This document shows, one piece after another, positions 57,283-64,000 of a stretch of DNA of 64,000 nt. Source of the stretch: Eledone cirrhosa (taxonomy: Eukaryota); the NCBI GenBank assembly GCA_964016885.1, contig OZ024756.1, positions 37,138,001 to 37,202,000 on the forward strand. The letters run 5' to 3'. The notes below the pieces were generated by a model that searched no databases, was not told the origin of the DNA, and was given only the letters and a program-made list of their open reading frames with translations. The stretch's first letter is position 1; each line of letters opens with the position of its first letter. The position numbers and the translations under genes were made by a program.

Positions 57283-58401
57283 CGAGTTTATGAGTATGTC
57301 ACACACACACAATATATATATATATATATATATATACACCACCAACATCACCACTACCAAATGCAATAATGACAGTGAGAGGGTGGGGATGGTAGTGGTT
57401 GTAGTGATCAAGGTAGGCGTGGCGGCTATGATGGCAGTGATGGTGATGATGGCGTTGGTTGTGGTGGTGGTGGCGTTGGTTGTGGTGGTGGTGGTGGTGG
57501 TGGCGGTGTCAGTGGTGGTAGTTGAGATGGTGGTGTTGATGGTGTTGGTGATGGTAGTGTTGGCGGTGGTTGTGGTGGTGGTGTTAGTGGTGTTGATGGT
57601 GGTAGTGGTGATGGTGGTGTTGGTGGTGGTTGTGGTGGTTCTGATGGTGTTGGTGGTAGTATGGTGGTGGTGGTTGTGGTGGTGGTGATAGTGGCAGTGA
57701 TGGTGATGGTGGCATATGCCATCAAGTAATTGATTCAGTTGAAAACGGGGACAGACTTCTTACATTACATGTTACTTCATGTAATGGGACATCCCTGCAG
57801 CTCCACCACCCGGGGTAGTTGGGGGGGGGGGACGGTTACATAGTATATTGGAAGTTAGGATGTTTGATGGTGCGGTGGAGCCTAGGGAAGGGAGGTGAGG
57901 TAAGAGAGAGAGGGGGAGAGGTGAGAAAGAGGGAGGGAGAAGAGTAGGGATGAGAAAGAGAGAGATAGGAGAGGAGAGAGTGGAGAGAGGGGGAGAGGGT
58001 AAGAGAGGTGAGAGAGAGATAGGAGCAGAGAGGTGAGGGAGAGGTGAGAGAGAGGGCGATAGAAGTGAGAGAAGGGAGAGAGAGAGGTGGAGAGAAAGAG
58101 AGGAAGAGGGATGAGAAGAGAGAGAGGGGGAGAGAGAGGGCGAGTGCTGGTGTTTTGTGGTGTGTGGTGGGTAGGGTGGGGGAAATAATCGGGGTAAGTA
58201 GGAGATATGATGCAGTTAAAGAATTTAGGTTGGTTATGGTTGGGGTGGAGGAGGGTGTAGGTGCTAGTCTAAGGCGGGGGGCGGGGTGTCGGCCCTTAGG
58301 TAAGGTAGATGTATTTTAAACTTTTTTTTTAATAATAAACATACGCATGTATATATGAGGGTATATAAATATACATACATGTAAATATGTATGTATTTAC
58401 A

Positions 58402-58436
<35 letters not shown>

Positions 58437-58511
58437 GACATACACACATACACAACACACACTATATGCTCACAAAAGCAAGATGGTATATATATATACA
58501 TATATATATAT

Positions 58512-58612
58512 AGGCTGTCCCCCCAAAATGTATACATACTTTGATTACCTGTACAAGCAATATTTATTAGAATGCTGTTGAAGTGTATATACATTTTTCC
58601 GGACACCCTGTA
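58512..58612. mobile_element. Tc1/mariner-type MITE, diverged
   Basis: TAGGCTGTCCCCCAAAATGTATAC ... TATACATTTTTCCGGACACCCTGTA. Confidence 0.6.
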
Positions 58613-58661
58613 TATATTTATATATTACTTACTGTGGTTACCCCCGATTGAACCCGGGATA

Positions 58662-58719
<58 letters not shown>

Positions 58720-58724
<5 letters not shown>

Positions 58725-58887
58725 TATAGAAATGGTTTCTACTGTTTCACTCGGAAAAATCATCAGGAAAGTCCTGATGATGAAAGCTTTCCTGATGATT
58801 TATTCCGAATGAAACAGTTCTAGTCCCGTAGAACTCATTCCTATATTAAATATTTATACTCTGCTATGTATTGAGTACCTTACTTAC
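58720..58887. mobile_element. Family B fold-back element, degenerate HHR at 58786-58836
   Basis: TTTC CTGATGA TTTATTCCGAAT GAAA CAGTTCTAGTCCCG TA GAA plus tail; inverted partial copy upstream. Confidence 0.75.
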
Positions 58888-59253
58888 ATACACTACTAAA
58901 CAACATGTACTTGCACATATGCATGCAGACAGACATAATGCTTAGACGCACGCAACATCGGGAACTTAAGAATCAATGCCGCAACACCCATTAACTGACT
59001 AAGGCTTTCTATTAACAACAGATCGGAATTGTATGAATTTGACTGGTTATTTTACCTAGACCAATCTACGTCTCTCACTACCCTTCCGACCTCATATATC
59101 TGAGCGAAGGAATGCAGCTCACCACCAACATACATACTCGTGCGGACATATGTTTAAATATCTATACATTTGTAAATCTAACTTTCTCTGTCAGTGTCTC
59201 TCTCCCCTCTCCCCACTCCATCATATGTGTGTATACATACATGTATATATATA

Positions 59254-59320
<67 letters not shown>

Positions 59321-59356
59321 ACATATATATGTATATACATATATACATATATATAC

Positions 59357-59411
<55 letters not shown>

Positions 59412-59431
59412 CATATATATACATATATATA

Positions 59432-59471
<40 letters not shown>

Positions 59472-59590
59472 TATATACATATACATATATACATATACAT
59501 ATATATATATATATTTACATATACATATATACATATATATATACATATATACAGTATATACAGTATATACATATACATCAATACATATAC

Positions 59591-59621
<31 letters not shown>

Positions 59622-60374
59622 AAGAGAGAGAGATTATAACCTGCCCACTGTTTTGCACATGTGGTTTGGTTTCCACACCAAAAAAAATCTTCCAAACTAC
59701 TAACCACACGCCCAATCGCACACCCTACCACCACCACACCACCACCACCACCACACCATCACCACCACACTACCACCACATCACCACCACACCACCACCA
59801 CCACACCACCACTACACCACCACTACACCACTACCACCACACCACCACATCACCACCACCACCACACCACCATCACCACCACACCACCACCACTACACCA
59901 CTACACCACTACCACCACACCACCATACCACCACACGCCCAATCGCAGCCCCCACTACACTACCACCACCACACCACAACGCCACCACACGCCCAATCGC
60001 AGCCCCACTACACTACCACCACCACACCACCACACGCCCAATCGCAACCCCACTACACTACCACCACCACACCACCACCACACGCCCAATCGCAGCCCCA
60101 CTACACCACCACAACCACCACCACCACACCACCACACCACCACTACACCACTACCACCACCACCACATCACCACCACCACACCACCATCACCACCACACT
60201 CCACCACCATTACACCACTACTACCACACCACCACACGCCCAATCGCAGCCCCACCACACTACCACCACTACACCCACCACCTCTGTAACCACTTCCACC
60301 AGAAACGCCAGCAGAAGAAATCCTTTCCGGTTCCGGTCGAACAAATTGACGTTTAATGTGTTTGTATGTGTATC

Positions 60375-60416
<42 letters not shown>

Positions 60417-60619
60417 TGTGGTGTGTTTCTGAGTGAGTGTGTGTGTGTATGTGTGAGTGTGTGTGTGTGTGTGTGTTTATGAGTGTGTGTGTGTGCATGT
60501 GTTTGTGTTTGTGTATGAGTACGTGTGTGTCTATGAGTATGTATGTGTATGAGTGTGTGTGGGGGGGGGGGTATGAGTGTGTGTGCGTGTATGTCAGTGT
60601 GTGTATGTCGGTGTGTGTA

Positions 60620-60705
<86 letters not shown>

Positions 60706-60728
60706 AGTGTGTGTGTGTGTGTGTGTCA

Positions 60729-60769
<41 letters not shown>

Positions 60770-61046
60770 AGTGTGTGTGTGTGTCAGTGTATGTGTGTGT
60801 GTGTCAGTGTATGTGTGTGTGTGTGTGTAATATATAGTGTGTTTAATTGCAGTTGAGTTTATCACTTCCTGTGTTAATTGGTCATTAAGAACAGTTCGAA
60901 ACCATTCACAGTTCCATACATGCTGGCTTTTCTTTGTTTATGTAAACAACAACAACAACAACCACAACAACAACCTCCATCCTAATGTTAGAACTTGTCT
61001 TTGTAACGTCTGCTTCATCCGATGTCCTTGTGCAAAATAAAACACT

Positions 61047-61248
61047 GTGGATTGGCAGTATCGGTAGAGGGTCGGACGCCATGCTTTGACGAATAGAGTT
61101 ACGGCCCTTGCCATTCTGAGTTCAAATCCCGCCGAGGTTAACTTTGCCTTTCATCCTTACGGGGGTCGATAAAATAAAGTGACCAGTAATATACTGGAAT
61201 AATTGCTGGCCTTGTGCCAAAAGTAGAAACAATTATTACTATTATTAC
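61047..61248 (+). mobile_element. SINE family 1, full length
   Basis: A box TGGCAGTATCGGTAG, B box GAGTTCAAATCC, (ATT)-like tail. Confidence 0.9.
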
Positions 61249-61915
61249 GTTCTTATATTGTCCCCTGAATTCTGGCACCCTGTATATTTTGACGTGATTT
61301 AATTTTCCACCCGTTTTCTATCGCTATAATATTAGACTTACGGTTCCATCTATGTCTAGGTTCATTCCGCTTGTTCTGTTGTTTTTATCATGAAAAATCT
61401 CCCACATTTCCAGCTTCCCTATTTCATTACCTTCTTATCTTTACAACAAATAGTTAATGTCCCTTTTTTTATCACACCCTTAACCCTTTCTACAAACTTC
61501 CCTAATTTTTCAATGAGGCATTTCTTTAAAAAACAAATCTTGCTGTAATTATTTTATAACAAACTTTCATCAGTCTACTCCGTTTAATTATTCCCATGAC
61601 AAATACAAATTTACTTTTACAACATTAGCTTATGTCAGGGTCTCTGCCAATACTTTCTGTTTTCTGTCTATCGTTTTGTTTTAAGTTTGTTTCTGTGTAT
61701 GAGGTGAGTTGACTTAAGTTCTAATAAATTTTATGTCTAGTAAATTACTGGAGCAGTTAATGGAATTAATATAAATTACTTTCTACTTATGCTTAGTACT
61801 AAGTTCCCTTCCCATAATCCTATCGTAAATTCTGTACCAAAACACGTTATTCTTTCTTTGGTGTATGATTGTAGACAGCCAGTGAAGTATATTGTACGAC
61901 TCATAGATCCATAAT

Positions 61916-61998
<83 letters not shown>

Positions 61999-62132
61999 TC
62001 TCGATAAACGCGAGAAACGATTACATGAGGCTGGCTGTGTGACGAGGGGCACAACCTTAAAATTTCACAGCGAAAGGTCTTCAAATGTTTTTCATAAACA
62101 GCAAGTATATTATTCAATATACAATACGTACA

Positions 62133-62213
<81 letters not shown>

Positions 62214-62366
62214 TTGTGTCTTTTTCTGCCACTCTTTTTTCGATAAAGAACTACGTCGAAACCTTCAAATATTCCCATTTCTCAAAGTGTGAACTTAATA
62301 ACTTTTATCATCTTTTGTTTTCGCGTCAATAGAGACAGATAGATAGATAGATATATAGATAGATAG

Positions 62367-62439
<73 letters not shown>

Positions 62440-62583
62440 TATAGATAGATTTCTTTATTAGCCACAAGGGCGCAACAAGAAAGACTATAGATAGATAGAT
62501 AGACATAGAGAGAGATAGAGAGATAGACAGAAATAGTGAGAGGGGGGGGATAGATAGATAAATAGATAGATAGATAGATAGAC

Positions 62584-62615
<32 letters not shown>

Positions 62616-62627
62616 GGGGGGGGAGAA

Positions 62628-62659
<32 letters not shown>

Positions 62660-62664
62660 GGGGG

Positions 62665-62708
<44 letters not shown>

Positions 62709-62753
62709 TGAGCGAGAGAAAAAGAGAGATAGATAGAGAAAGAGAGAGAGGCG

Positions 62754-62819
<66 letters not shown>

Positions 62820-62928
62820 AAAAGGGGAATGAAAAGGCCAAATGTAAGTTCGTGTGTATTACACCGTCAACATTTTCAAATTGCAAAGCACATCCAGAGG
62901 TGTATATGGATGAGTGAGCGAGCGTGTG

Positions 62929-63018
<90 letters not shown>

Positions 63019-63190
63019 TAGGTGTGTGTGTGAGAGAGAGAGTGTGTGTGTGTACACACGAATATATGATATTCTCCACAAATTCTACAGCAGTTACTCA
63101 GGAGACATCGAAAGCCCTGGAAAGATTTCATTTCAACATCCACAGATACACACACACACACACACATATATATATGGTGTGTGTGTGTAT

Positions 63191-63222
<32 letters not shown>

Positions 63223-63594
63223 AAATGTATAAGAATAAATGCATATATGTACATATATACACACACACACGAGTTTGTCGGTTTAAAGCCCTGGAAGAAT
63301 TTCATTTCAACGATCCATTACGGTAACTTTTCCCTAAAGTCAACAAACCCCCCTAAAAATAGTCACCACTCGAAACCAAGGAAAAACTTAGATAAATCGG
63401 ACTGTGGTGGTGGTGGTGGTGGTGGTGGGGTGACTGTTGTTGTGGTGGTAGTGGCGGTGGTGGTGGTGGTGGTGGTGGTGGTGGTGAGGTGACTGTTGTT
63501 GTGCTGGTGGTGGTGGCGGTGGTTTTTGATGGTGGCGGTGGTAGTAGTGGTGGTGGTGAGCTGACTGTTGTTGTGCTGGTGGTGGTGGCGGTGG

Positions 63595-63794
63595 NNNNNN
63601 NNNNNNNNNNNNNNNNNNNNNNNNNNNNNNNNNNNNNNNNNNNNNNNNNNNNNNNNNNNNNNNNNNNNNNNNNNNNNNNNNNNNNNNNNNNNNNNNNNNN
63701 NNNNNNNNNNNNNNNNNNNNNNNNNNNNNNNNNNNNNNNNNNNNNNNNNNNNNNNNNNNNNNNNNNNNNNNNNNNNNNNNNNNNNNNNNNNNNN
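63595..63794. other. Assembly gap (200 N)
   Basis: N run. Confidence 1.
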
Positions 63795-64000
63795 GAGAAG
63801 AGAGGGGGAGAGAGAGGGGGAGAGATAGATAGATAGAGAGAGGGGGGGATAGATAGATAGAGAAAGAGAGAGAGAAGTGAGAGAGAGAGAGAGAGAGAGA
63901 GAGACGAGAGAGAGAGAGAGAGAGACACACACACACACATATATATATGAAGTATTTCCGTACAAAGGGTAAAGTAAAGGTGAATGCTCTATGTATACTA

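Noticed and set aside
61047-61135. tRNA gene
   Set aside because: A/B boxes are present but there is no cloverleaf; it continues into a multi-copy SINE body
61330-61420. Possible GIY-YIG C-terminus on the minus strand (KLEMWEIF..GMNLDIDG)
   Set aside because: Too short, and the upstream motifs are not recoverable

Overview
Eukaryotic (animal) genomic DNA, dominated by microsatellites ((TA)n, (CA)n, (GA)n, (CAC/CAT)n, (GTT/GTG)n) and minisatellites. The tRNA-derived SINE families resemble those of octopods, so a cephalopod source is inferred but not proven. No intact host gene is supported, and nearly all ORFs in the track are repeat translations. Real coding remnants are three RTE-clade LINE 3' ends and one Penelope-like (PLE) GIY-YIG endonuclease fragment with a CxCx5Cx5C motif. 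The main signal is more than 20 short insertions, from about 10 sequence-unrelated families, mostly sitting in (TA)n tracts and carrying type I hammerhead ribozyme (HHR) motifs. These follow the order stem I - CUGANGA - stem II - GAAA - stem III - NUH - stem I'. Some show compensatory base changes, and some have non-canonical cores (U3-A8, U4C, U4A). Many are fold-back palindromes, one family always turns round exactly at HHR stem II, and one is a 522-bp unit with terminal redundancy (retrozyme-like). All coordinates and pairings were read by eye; no folding or database search was run.
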